DNA of 57,460 bases from a virus: the IMG/VR virus record IMGVR_UViG_3300011271_000005, positions 1 through 57,460 of that record; one strand, given 5' to 3'. Shown here piece after piece: positions 27,512 through 34,920 of this stretch (position 1 is the first letter of the stretch; each line of letters opens with the position of its first letter). Both the position numbers and the translations under genes were made by a program. The notes beneath the pieces were generated by a model. It was not told the DNA's origin. It saw only the letters and a list, made by a program, of their open reading frames with translations, and did no database searches.

Positions 27512-29099
27512 TTAATATCTCCGGATAATTGCGGCCTTTTACCATACGATTTACATGTACGCGAATTTTTCTAGGTTGCCTCAATTCACTAGCATAAGAT
27601 ATAGCCTCAGTGGCAGTTAAAGGAATATCTCTATTGCTGCGAACGCGCCACCAATTAGCAAAAAACGATCTATTCTTAGATTGTGGGAATACGAATTCTT
27701 TGAAGTTATTCATACCACTGAAATAAGTTATTGCGAGGTATTCAGGTTTATCAGCTTTTTGATGCTTCTTATAGATTACATGATTGACATCAAAGTAGTC
27801 AATAATTAATGCTTCTGGTGTTTTAATTAATTCTTCAGTTCCAGCATGTTCAACGATTTTAACTTGAAATTCGAATGGATGACCGCAAGCATCACATTTT
27901 CTAGCTGATATATGATTGTAGACACCACAAGCATCGCATATTTTTATAGGTAAGTCACCAACTTTATTACCTTTTTTATTAGGAATGATTGGATCATTTA
28001 CACAACCAAGTCGAGGAATATTATTAGCATGGTCTAATACAAGGCAGTTCAATTTTCCTGTTTCTGGTGATAGACGCATTCCGCGTCCATATTTTTGTAT
28101 ATGCAATACAATACTCATAGTTGGTCTAAGATCATCAATTAAATCTACTGCAGGATGATCAAGGCCGGTAGTAAGCTTTGAATAGCTAGAAATTGCGCGT
28201 AATTCTAAATTCTTATGTGCTTTTAATGCAGCGTTATTATATTCAGGTTTTTGTTTTGAATGAACACTTGCGCATTGAATGCCTAGTTTTCCTAACATTT
28301 CTGCTATGTGATTTGAGTGATCTATTCCACTAGCAAATATAAGCCATGAACATCTATTTTGTCCATAGTAAACAGTTTCTTGTAAAGCTTTCCAAGTTAT
28401 TTCGGCTCTATCAACCTCATGTTGTAATTGATTTTGTACAAATTCACCGCGTTGAACATCAACATTTGAAACACTTAATTTAGTTATTCTTGATTGAGGA
28501 ACTAAAGGACATAAAAATTTATCTTCTAAAAGCTTATTGAAACCTTTCATATCAGTCATATCATAAATGATATCAGTGAACAAACCATCTTCAATCAAAA
28601 GACCTTGGCCCATACGAAATTTAGTCGCTGTTAATGCTATTATTTTAACATTAGGATTTATTCTTTTCATGACAGCAAAGAATTTTAAATATTGTGAATT
28701 TTCATCTTGTGATACTAAATGGCCTTCATCTACAAAGATTACGTCACGATGGCCAAATGCCTCTGCTATTTTAATCATGCTCTGTATTCCACCGAAAATT
28801 ATCGGCGCTAAAATATCACGCTTTTTTAATCCGGCCGAATGTATTCCTATCGGAGCGTTTGCCCACACTTCTAACATCTTGGTAGCATTTTGAGTGATAA
28901 GGACCGAGACGTGCGTTATTACAAGGAATCTTTGATTAGGCCATTGCTTTAGTACTTTTTCAATAAATATTGCTGGGATTATTGATTTACCGGATGCTGT
29001 AGGCAAAGCTATTATTGGATTGCCTTTGCCACCATTCATAAAGTAATGGTAAATGGCGTCAACTGCTTCGCTCTGATACCATCTTGGCTCAATTGGCAT
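27498..29099 (-). CDS. SF2 (DEAD/DEAH-box, ResIII-type) DNA helicase with a zinc ribbon
   Basis: Walker A is LPTASGKS and motif II is VDEGH. ALTATKF and GRGMR are also present. The CDACGVYNHISARKCDACG zinc ribbon is present. Confidence 0.8.
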   Translation of the reverse strand: MPIEPRWYQSEAVDAIYHYFMNGGKGNPIIALPTASGKSIIPAIFIEKVLKQWPNQRFLVITHVSVLITQNATKMLEVWANAPIGIHSAGLKKRDILAPIIFGGIQSMIKIAEAFGHRDVIFVDEGHLVSQDENSQYLKFFAVMKRINPNVKIIALTATKFRMGQGLLIEDGLFTDIIYDMTDMKGFNKLLEDKFLCPLVPQSRITKLSVSNVDVQRGEFVQNQLQHEVDRAEITWKALQETVYYGQNRCSWLIFASGIDHSNHIAEMLGKLGIQCASVHSKQKPEYNNAALKAHKNLELRAISSYSKLTTGLDHPAVDLIDDLRPTMSIVLHIQKYGRGMRLSPETGKLNCLVLDHANNIPRLGCVNDPIIPNKKGNKVGDLPIKICDACGVYNHISARKCDACGHPFEFQVKIVEHAGTEELIKTPEALIIDYFDVNHVIYKKHQKADKPEYLAITYFSGMNNFKEFVFPQSKNRSFFANWWRVRSNRDIPLTATEAISYASELRQPRKIRVHVNRMVKGRNYPEILNAEF

Positions 29100-29129
29100 T
29101 AAAAATTCTCCAATAATAGCGAGGTATTA

Positions 29130-29552
29130 TCATAATTGATCTAATAATTCATTTTTAGTTAAACAAATTTTATTAGCCATTAGATACATTAGTTCAGGCT
29201 CTTCTAAGTTAGGCATATAAATTAATAAACGTTTATTAGCTCCATTAAAATAGCCAGCTTCTATGTGAGCGGAGGGTCCACAAGGAAGAATTAAAACACA
29301 TGTATCAGCCCATTGCATAGCTCTATAATCTGCAATAAAACCAAATGCTGCGTCTGGAGTTCCTTCTAATAGTTCTACATATTTTTCTTTGGTCCAAGAT
29401 TGCCATTCTTTATCCATATGTGCCCATTGAAATCCTGCTTTAATTGGAGGATTTCTAAAATCATAGACTTCATGTCCATTATTTCTAAGTATAGCTACAA
29501 TATGAGGTTGTTCTTCATTTCTCCAACTTGACGCAGCATAAATTCTAGCCAT
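29130..29552 (-). CDS. Nucleoside 2-deoxyribosyltransferase-like protein (tentative)
   Basis: 140 aa. MARIYAASSW... and SAHIEAGYFNGANKRLLIY resemble this Rossmann-like family. The assignment is weak. Confidence 0.3.
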   Translation of the reverse strand: MARIYAASSWRNEEQPHIVAILRNNGHEVYDFRNPPIKAGFQWAHMDKEWQSWTKEKYVELLEGTPDAAFGFIADYRAMQWADTCVLILPCGPSAHIEAGYFNGANKRLLIYMPNLEEPELMYLMANKICLTKNELLDQL

Positions 29553-29567
29553 TACTTTTTCCTTTGT

Positions 29568-30407
29568 TTAAATTGGTTGCCATTCATTACACCCAATCTT
29601 GACGAATTCAGATGGTATAATACCAAACTTATTACAAATCCAGTTAGCATTTTCAGTAGCTTTAGAATTTTTACAACTACGGCAATTCTTTTGAGGCAAT
29701 GCTTCGTAATGACATACATCTATGAAAGCACAAAACTTACATTCCCAATAGGCCGGATTATCACTAATGCGTGGTGGAGGCTCAACAGCAGTAATGATTT
29801 CTTCTGCTTTGCGTTCTAATGCCTTTCCTCTTTCCCAATCAAGTTTTATTACTGTAACCTGTATATCATCGTCATTCTTATTTTCAGGAAAGTAAAGACC
29901 ATATTGGATTTGCATCTTTTCGCCATAACCGTTCATTTGGTCAAAATGTTTTGGCTTTGAAATCTGCAAACCTTTTTCAACATAATGAACAAATGATTTT
30001 GTATTATGTGTTTTACATTCTAATATCATCGGTATATCAGGATACCAAGGTGTAAAGACAACACCATCACAGCTACCTCCATAATGGCCCATGACACCGG
30101 AAACTCTAAATTGTTTTCCATCATTATCAAATCTATTTACTTTACAGCCAATTCCTTCAAGATAATTAATATATCTTTCTTCTTCACGATGACCACGAGC
30201 AAATAATCGTAACATGCGACCGTCATGTTTTTCAAATGCAAACCATCTAAATTTATAATAAAGCTTACGTTTACAATCTTCGCCTATTTCAGATATACCT
30301 AAATGTGTTCTTGGTTCTGATTTATGATTATTGATTGACCATTCTTCTAGAGCGGTTTCAATGTTGGTTTCTAATTCTTGTAGTTGAATGTGGATGAGGT
30401 CAGTCAT
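29568..30407 (-). CDS. PD-(D/E)XK exonuclease, Cas4-like with Cys cluster
   Basis: GSCDGVV...MILECKT is a D...ExK motif. The C-terminal CKFCAFIDVC plus an N-terminal Cys matches a Cas4-type 4-Cys arrangement. Confidence 0.7.
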   Translation of the reverse strand: MTDLIHIQLQELETNIETALEEWSINNHKSEPRTHLGISEIGEDCKRKLYYKFRWFAFEKHDGRMLRLFARGHREEERYINYLEGIGCKVNRFDNDGKQFRVSGVMGHYGGSCDGVVFTPWYPDIPMILECKTHNTKSFVHYVEKGLQISKPKHFDQMNGYGEKMQIQYGLYFPENKNDDDIQVTVIKLDWERGKALERKAEEIITAVEPPPRISDNPAYWECKFCAFIDVCHYEALPQKNCRSCKNSKATENANWICNKFGIIPSEFVKIGCNEWQPI

Positions 30408-30417
30408 TATTCACCAT

Positions 30418-30467
30418 TAAAAATAAAAGCTCTGCTATACGACCAATATCAGTCTCTATAGCAGAGC
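30418..30467 (-). terminator. Intrinsic terminator/attenuator between the SSB-like and exonuclease genes
   Basis: Perfect 11-bp arms gctctgctata/tatagcagagc with a 17-nt loop. On the minus strand it is followed by TTTTATTTTT. Confidence 0.65.
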
Positions 30468-30496
30468 GAGTTGTTACGTCCTAGTAAATATAATAG

Positions 30497-31090
30497 TTAC
30501 GACCATGGCGGTTTTTCAGATGTAGCACCTTGCTGCCAACTACCAGTAGGCTTATCTTGAGAAGCCGCATTACCTCCCCAATTATGCTGTACAGCAGGCT
30601 TTTCAGTAGTTTGTTGCTGTTGACCAAATCCACTTGTTTGCTGTGACGGGGCAGGCCCTTTACCCGGCTCATTACCGCTTACATCATAAATCTTTTTGAT
30701 TTCAACATATCCCCCTTCAGGCTTATCGGCAGATGGTTCTTGACCAGCTTGAAAGCCAACATCCATTAAGCCTTTACCACCTCGCAATGCAGCACCATCA
30801 TTCTTGAAATCAATTTGAATAATACCTGTTGCATGACAAAGAGCAGATAATTGACCAACAGAAATATCTACAGCTTGTTTACTATCATTCCATAGATTAT
30901 AATTATTTCTAATTGATCCAGCAGGAGAAGTAAAGATTACTTCAAAATACTTCTTTCCTCCACCATCTTTTACATCCTTAATATCAGTTCCAGTAATAGT
31001 AAATGGAAATTTATTACCGGGAGGATGTTTACCACTAACTTGACGTGGCTCATGTTGCTGTGCGTTAAACGTGGCGTCCATAGGTGCCAT
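30497..31090 (-). CDS. ssDNA-binding protein candidate (DUF669-like)
   Basis: 197 aa, downstream of a Sak4-like ATPase as in many phage recombination modules. It has a Gly/Gln/Pro-rich tail. Confidence 0.45.
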   Translation of the reverse strand: MAPMDATFNAQQHEPRQVSGKHPPGNKFPFTITGTDIKDVKDGGGKKYFEVIFTSPAGSIRNNYNLWNDSKQAVDISVGQLSALCHATGIIQIDFKNDGAALRGGKGLMDVGFQAGQEPSADKPEGGYVEIKKIYDVSGNEPGKGPAPSQQTSGFGQQQQTTEKPAVQHNWGGNAASQDKPTGSWQQGATSEKPPWS

Positions 31091-31092
31091 TA

Positions 31093-31239
31093 TTATAAAC
31101 TCCTTAGTAGTTTGTTGAGATAGGTGATACGTTCTCGAATTAATATTTTTAGATTATCGGTCGCGATTTGGATTTCTGATTTTTTATACGGTCCTATTTT
31201 TACTTCTAATTTTCTACCTCGCTTCTTTGGTTTTACCAT
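31093..31239 (-). CDS. Small basic protein (48 aa)
   Basis: MVKPKKRGRKLEVKIG... Both ends overlap their neighbours (ATGGTAA and TAATAATG). Confidence 0.35.
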   Translation of the reverse strand: MVKPKKRGRKLEVKIGPYKKSEIQIATDNLKILIRERITYLNKLLRSL

Positions 31240-31457
31240 TCGTTATTTTCCTTTTTAATAATATTAATTGTAGGTGGTTCAAATTGTTGTGGGACGGATC
31301 GCGCATCACCTTCAATTTCAGGTGTATCCCTATTTAGACGCTTAGTTAATGCATGAATACGTTCTGAAGTTTCAGTGTCATATGTGGTAGATTGTTTATG
31401 ATGATCAATCAATGCTTTCAATTCATCTTCATTCACAGTTAATTTAAAAGTCTTCAT
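31233..31457 (-). CDS. Hypothetical protein (74 aa)
   Basis: This uses the internal ATG (MKTFKLTVNEDE) of track ORF 31233..31538. It starts 1 nt after the stop of 31459..31665. Confidence 0.5.
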   Translation of the reverse strand: MKTFKLTVNEDELKALIDHHKQSTTYDTETSERIHALTKRLNRDTPEIEGDARSVPQQFEPPTINIIKKENNEW

Positions 31458-31458
31458 T

Positions 31459-31665
31459 TTAGATTTCCTCGAAATTATCAGCGAAGTATTGTGCTGCCAC
31501 AAGCCATTGATCATTATGATTTTTAGGATTGCGTGCAATCATGTCACCAATTTTAGGTGAGCCTGCTTTTACATCTTCAGAAGAAACACTCACGTTAAGC
31601 ATTTCTTCATTATTTTTATATGGACGCATTTCAGCAATTTGTGTTCGTCGATATTGTTTAAACAT
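31459..31665 (-). CDS. Hypothetical protein (68 aa)
   Basis: Track ORF, tightly coupled to its neighbours. Confidence 0.5.
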   Translation of the reverse strand: MFKQYRRTQIAEMRPYKNNEEMLNVSVSSEDVKAGSPKIGDMIARNPKNHNDQWLVAAQYFADNFEEI

Positions 31666-31868
31666 TACCAGTTTTTCTTCCTCTTATTTGTGGGTAGATT
31701 ATTTCCTTTAATAAAATCTTCAAATTTCTTAGCCGCACTCACAATATCATCTGCATTATATACAACTTTACCATCAGTATCATAAGCTTGCCCACAATTA
31801 GACTTGATAGCTAATTCAATAGCTGCTGATCTAATTGAAAGATCTCGAGTATTATCTTTTTCAGTCAT
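31665..31868 (-). CDS. Hypothetical protein (67 aa)
   Basis: Track ORF. Confidence 0.5.
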   Translation of the reverse strand: MTEKDNTRDLSIRSAAIELAIKSNCGQAYDTDGKVVYNADDIVSAAKKFEDFIKGNNLPTNKRKKNW

Positions 31869-31870
31869 TT

Positions 31871-32056
31871 TTATTCCTTTATTTTATCTGCAAGAAAATG
31901 TAATGCTGCTGATAATTCATTCATAGTAAATGGTTTTCCTAATTTTAAATATTTTTCTGTGCCATCTTCTGATGTAACTAAAATTAAAAGTTGTGTTTCA
32001 TCTTTTTGAACAGCAGGATAGTGAAAATCAGCAGAAAACCATTTGACATTGCTCAT
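31871..32056 (-). CDS. Hypothetical protein (61 aa)
   Basis: Track ORF with an ATGA-type overlap with the ATPase gene. Confidence 0.5.
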   Translation of the reverse strand: MSNVKWFSADFHYPAVQKDETQLLILVTSEDGTEKYLKLGKPFTMNELSAALHFLADKIKE

Positions 32057-32712
32057 TGTAACATTTTCCTTACTAATTTTCCAAAGTCTGCGGGTTCGAA
32101 GTCTGCTAAAGTCCCTGTTCTATTACGCGCTATCACATCAATACTAGGATTACATTGGAATGCTAATTGTTCTCCAATGTTAGGAATTGGCACACGAGCT
32201 AAACGCAAAATACCGTCATATAAATGTGGAATAGCTGTAGGTAAATAACGGCCTGGAAATGATGGCCTACGTTTACCGTCGCTAGTTAATTCTTCTTTAG
32301 CAATAAGATAAAGATGTTTTTCTTTAGTATAATAAAGTCGCTTAAGATAAAGCATCACATATTCAGCCATATCTCCATATTGAGCTAATCCATGCTTACT
32401 CGTGCTTTCATCAAGCGCAATGTCGCACATTTGACTTGTACTATCAATAGCTAATGTATCGAAATTTTTACTTTCAGATGAATGTTCAAACCATTTCATA
32501 AATTCGTCTATACGAGCTTTAGTTGGTGCCACCCATGTTGGGACAGTACTATTTTTCATTGATAACAAACCCGGTTCTGTAGCTAATAATACTGGTCTAG
32601 GTGCAGATGATACAATAGGTGTTTTTCCGGTACCAGGACCACCATAAATTATGCATTTGGCTCCAAACTGAATAGCAAAATTTCGTGCTGGTTTAAGGTC
32701 AGATTGATTCAT
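32053..32712 (-). CDS. Sak4-like / AAA_24-type recombination ATPase (RecA paralogue)
   Basis: Walker A is IIYGGPGTGKTP. Its size (219 aa) and its context with a DUF669-like gene fit. Confidence 0.7.
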   Translation of the reverse strand: MNQSDLKPARNFAIQFGAKCIIYGGPGTGKTPIVSSAPRPVLLATEPGLLSMKNSTVPTWVAPTKARIDEFMKWFEHSSESKNFDTLAIDSTSQMCDIALDESTSKHGLAQYGDMAEYVMLYLKRLYYTKEKHLYLIAKEELTSDGKRRPSFPGRYLPTAIPHLYDGILRLARVPIPNIGEQLAFQCNPSIDVIARNRTGTLADFEPADFGKLVRKMLQ

Positions 32713-33260
32713 TTTAATTTCTTTTTAGGTTCCTTGATTTCTAGTGTTGGAGTTGCTGGTGTAATAGTCATGAAATTACTAACTTCTTTTAAAGCATTTT
32801 TAGCAAATTCACTACCTTTTTCTGCATCTTCTTGTAGTTGTCGGTATTCAGTAAGCAGAAAATTTGGCTGCCAACTCACTAATCTTTCAGCAACAAATTT
32901 ACCTTCATTACCGAGCTTTTCAATACGCTCTAAGCCAGCCCAAACAAGATCATTATCGTTATCTAATTTATAGTTATATTTATTATTAACTTTAAGATCA
33001 AATTCATTTCCAAGAGCTATTGTGTTCATACCTTCTTTAGCTTCAGGTACAAATACTTTAGCAACAAGTTTGCGTAACGTCATTTCTTTTTCTTTATAAT
33101 TATCAAGCCTAGTTTTACTATGTTGATGAAGCATAAGTAATCCATTTTTATCCATAGGAAAATTATTAATAATTAATTGGCGTTCAATTTCTTCAGTCAA
33201 CCATTCCGGTTTAAAGCTAGGCTGTTGAGCTTCAATTGATTGTGACCATGAGTTATTCAT
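32709..33260 (-). CDS. Hypothetical protein (183 aa), recombination-module accessory
   Basis: Track ORF, coupled to the ATPase gene. Confidence 0.5.
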   Translation of the reverse strand: MNNSWSQSIEAQQPSFKPEWLTEEIERQLIINNFPMDKNGLLMLHQHSKTRLDNYKEKEMTLRKLVAKVFVPEAKEGMNTIALGNEFDLKVNNKYNYKLDNDNDLVWAGLERIEKLGNEGKFVAERLVSWQPNFLLTEYRQLQEDAEKGSEFAKNALKEVSNFMTITPATPTLEIKEPKKKLK

Positions 33261-33792
33261 AATTTATTATTCCTTTTACTTCTCTTTTAAGCTCAAGTTT
33301 TCTTGTTGAATTATCCATCATTTTCTTATGAGATTTTCTTTGAGCTAAAGACATTCTATCTTTTATTTCTTGTGATCTTTTCTTTCCAGTATTTGCTAAT
33401 GCTGTTCTGGCTACAGCTTCAGGATTTCTTTTTGTTCCTTTATAACGTTCTGACTGTTTCTTTTTAAATTTTTCTGTATGCTTTGTTCCTAATCTACTAC
33501 CAGCTACAGGCGATAAATTAAATCCAAATTCTGGATTACCTGTGCTTAACCAATCAATCCAAAATTGTTCTTTTGTTAATAATTCATTTTTCTTGCAATG
33601 TTCAATTATTTCAAATTTGAAATTCGTCATTTCATGTTTATTATAAGCACGTTGTAAATATTTATTGTCATGTTGATTTAATCTTAAATCAGATTTATGA
33701 ACTCTCCATCTATGGTCAAACCATACAGCACTTCCAATATATACTTTATTGGTAATTAAACAAGTAATTTTATAAATTCCAGTATTTACCAT
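33253..33792 (-). CDS. GIY-YIG homing endonuclease (free-standing)
   Basis: GIYKITCLITNKVYIGSA contains GIY...YIG. It has a basic C-terminal DNA-binding-like half. Confidence 0.8.
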   Translation of the reverse strand: MVNTGIYKITCLITNKVYIGSAVWFDHRWRVHKSDLRLNQHDNKYLQRAYNKHEMTNFKFEIIEHCKKNELLTKEQFWIDWLSTGNPEFGFNLSPVAGSRLGTKHTEKFKKKQSERYKGTKRNPEAVARTALANTGKKRSQEIKDRMSLAQRKSHKKMMDNSTRKLELKREVKGIINYE

Positions 33793-34100
33793 TTGTTATT
33801 ACCAGCTAATAATTTAGCAGTCATACTTTCCTCTTGTTTTTCAATTTTTTGTTCGATAACTTTAATTTCTTCTTTATCAATTATTTCTTGAGTGCTATTA
33901 ATTCTACCAGATCTATCAAATAACATAGCTATTTTGAAGTCAACCAAATCCAATAGAGCATCATCGTCGCTGCACCATTTATCCATTCCAGCAATATTAG
34001 TGTGGGCATTAAGATAGACTTTCCTCATATCAGTACGAATTGATTGATAAATAGTACGATCTTCAATTGAAAGGGATTTGTAGAGTTGACGTATATCCAT
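33786..34100 (-). CDS. Hypothetical protein (104 aa)
   Basis: Track ORF with SD aagga. Confidence 0.5.
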   Translation of the reverse strand: MDIRQLYKSLSIEDRTIYQSIRTDMRKVYLNAHTNIAGMDKWCSDDDALLDLVDFKIAMLFDRSGRINSTQEIIDKEEIKVIEQKIEKQEESMTAKLLAGNNKW

Positions 34101-34110
34101 TTGTTATTCC

Positions 34111-34233
34111 TTATTGTTTAATGTAGCATTCAAGGCATAATACTTTATTGAACAAATTTTTATCCATTGTATATAGTGTAAATTCTTTTTTACAATTAGG
34201 ACAAATGGATTTATCTTTAAAACTAAGTTTCAT
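34111..34233 (-). CDS. Zinc-ribbon mini-protein (40 aa)
   Basis: MKLSFKDKSICPNCKKEF...LCLECYIKQ. The start overlaps the upstream stop (TAATG). Confidence 0.35.
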   Translation of the reverse strand: MKLSFKDKSICPNCKKEFTLYTMDKNLFNKVLCLECYIKQ

Positions 34234-34406
34234 TATAATTGCTCTAACAATAATTCAGCTAATTTCTTAGCTATCGTATAAATATCATTATTTTCAAGAT
34301 CATTAGGAATAGATAACATAGCTTCTTTAAGACCTAATGCTTTTACTATATCTGATGTTAAAATTAAAGTATTAGTAGGATCATATATTATATATAATTG
34401 ACTCAT
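34233..34406 (-). CDS. Hypothetical protein (57 aa)
   Basis: ATGA overlap with the upstream ORF. It is below the track cutoff. Confidence 0.35.
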   Translation of the reverse strand: MSQLYIIYDPTNTLILTSDIVKALGLKEAMLSIPNDLENNDIYTIAKKLAELLLEQL

Positions 34407-34627
34407 GGTAATTCGATCCGTTCATATTCCATATTTAACCAAGCCATTCTAATAAAGTCACATTCTTCTTCAGCTTCACGCCATCGCTGTTTCCAGCTAG
34501 CAATTTCCATACGATAGCGAAGTTCATTCTGCTTTTTTAGTTGGTAGATCAGTGTTAAAGCTAATGTGAATGACCATTTAAGACCTTTTGTGAGTCGAAA
34601 GCTATCTGCTCCCTTTTTCCTTGTCAA
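34403..34627 (-). CDS. Hypothetical protein (74 aa), first ORF of the leftward operon; start uncertain
   Basis: It has only a TTG start, which coincides with a TTGACA hexamer. It is translationally coupled to the next ORF. Confidence 0.35.
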   Translation of the reverse strand: MTRKKGADSFRLTKGLKWSFTLALTLIYQLKKQNELRYRMEIASWKQRWREAEEECDFIRMAWLNMEYERIELP

Positions 34628-34632
34628 GCCTC

Positions 34633-34662
34633 TTGCTAAAAAATAAGTTTCAAGTCTATACT
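34633..34662 (+). promoter_or_regulatory. Rightward early promoter in the divergent control region
   Basis: TTGCTA (34633), an 18-nt spacer, then TATACT (34657), preceded by GTC. A minus-strand TTGACA lies 5 bp away. Confidence 0.55.
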
Positions 34663-34694
34663 TTACTAAATTTGCTTCAAGGAATTAAAAATCA

Positions 34695-34904
34695 ATGATG
34701 AATCAAGAGCTTAAGCTTAAGGCTAAGACTTTAGAACTTTTTTATAAACTTCCTCGCCATGTGAAAAGTAGCGAAATAACCGCTGCCACAGGCCTTACTA
34801 ACTCGTGGCTTTGTGATTTCACCAGAGGACGAATAAAAAGTCCTAATGTTGATTATGTAGAAAAACTCTATATATTTCTCGCTAAAAAACCATTAGATTT
34901 ATAA
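34695..34904 (+). CDS. HTH DNA-binding protein (Cro/CI-like regulator candidate)
   Basis: SSEITAATGLTNSWLCDFTRGRIKSP is helix-turn-helix-like. It is the first gene of the rightward operon. Confidence 0.55.
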   Translation: MMNQELKLKAKTLELFYKLPRHVKSSEITAATGLTNSWLCDFTRGRIKSPNVDYVEKLYIFLAKKPLDL

Positions 34905-34920
34905 TAATGCCCACAATATA

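Noticed and set aside
34622-34627. Minus-strand TTGACA as the -35 box of the leftward early promoter.
   Set aside because: The best -10 at 17 nt is only TAGCTT. The hexamer also coincides with the sole (TTG) start of ORF 34403..34627. I could not define the leftward promoter with confidence.
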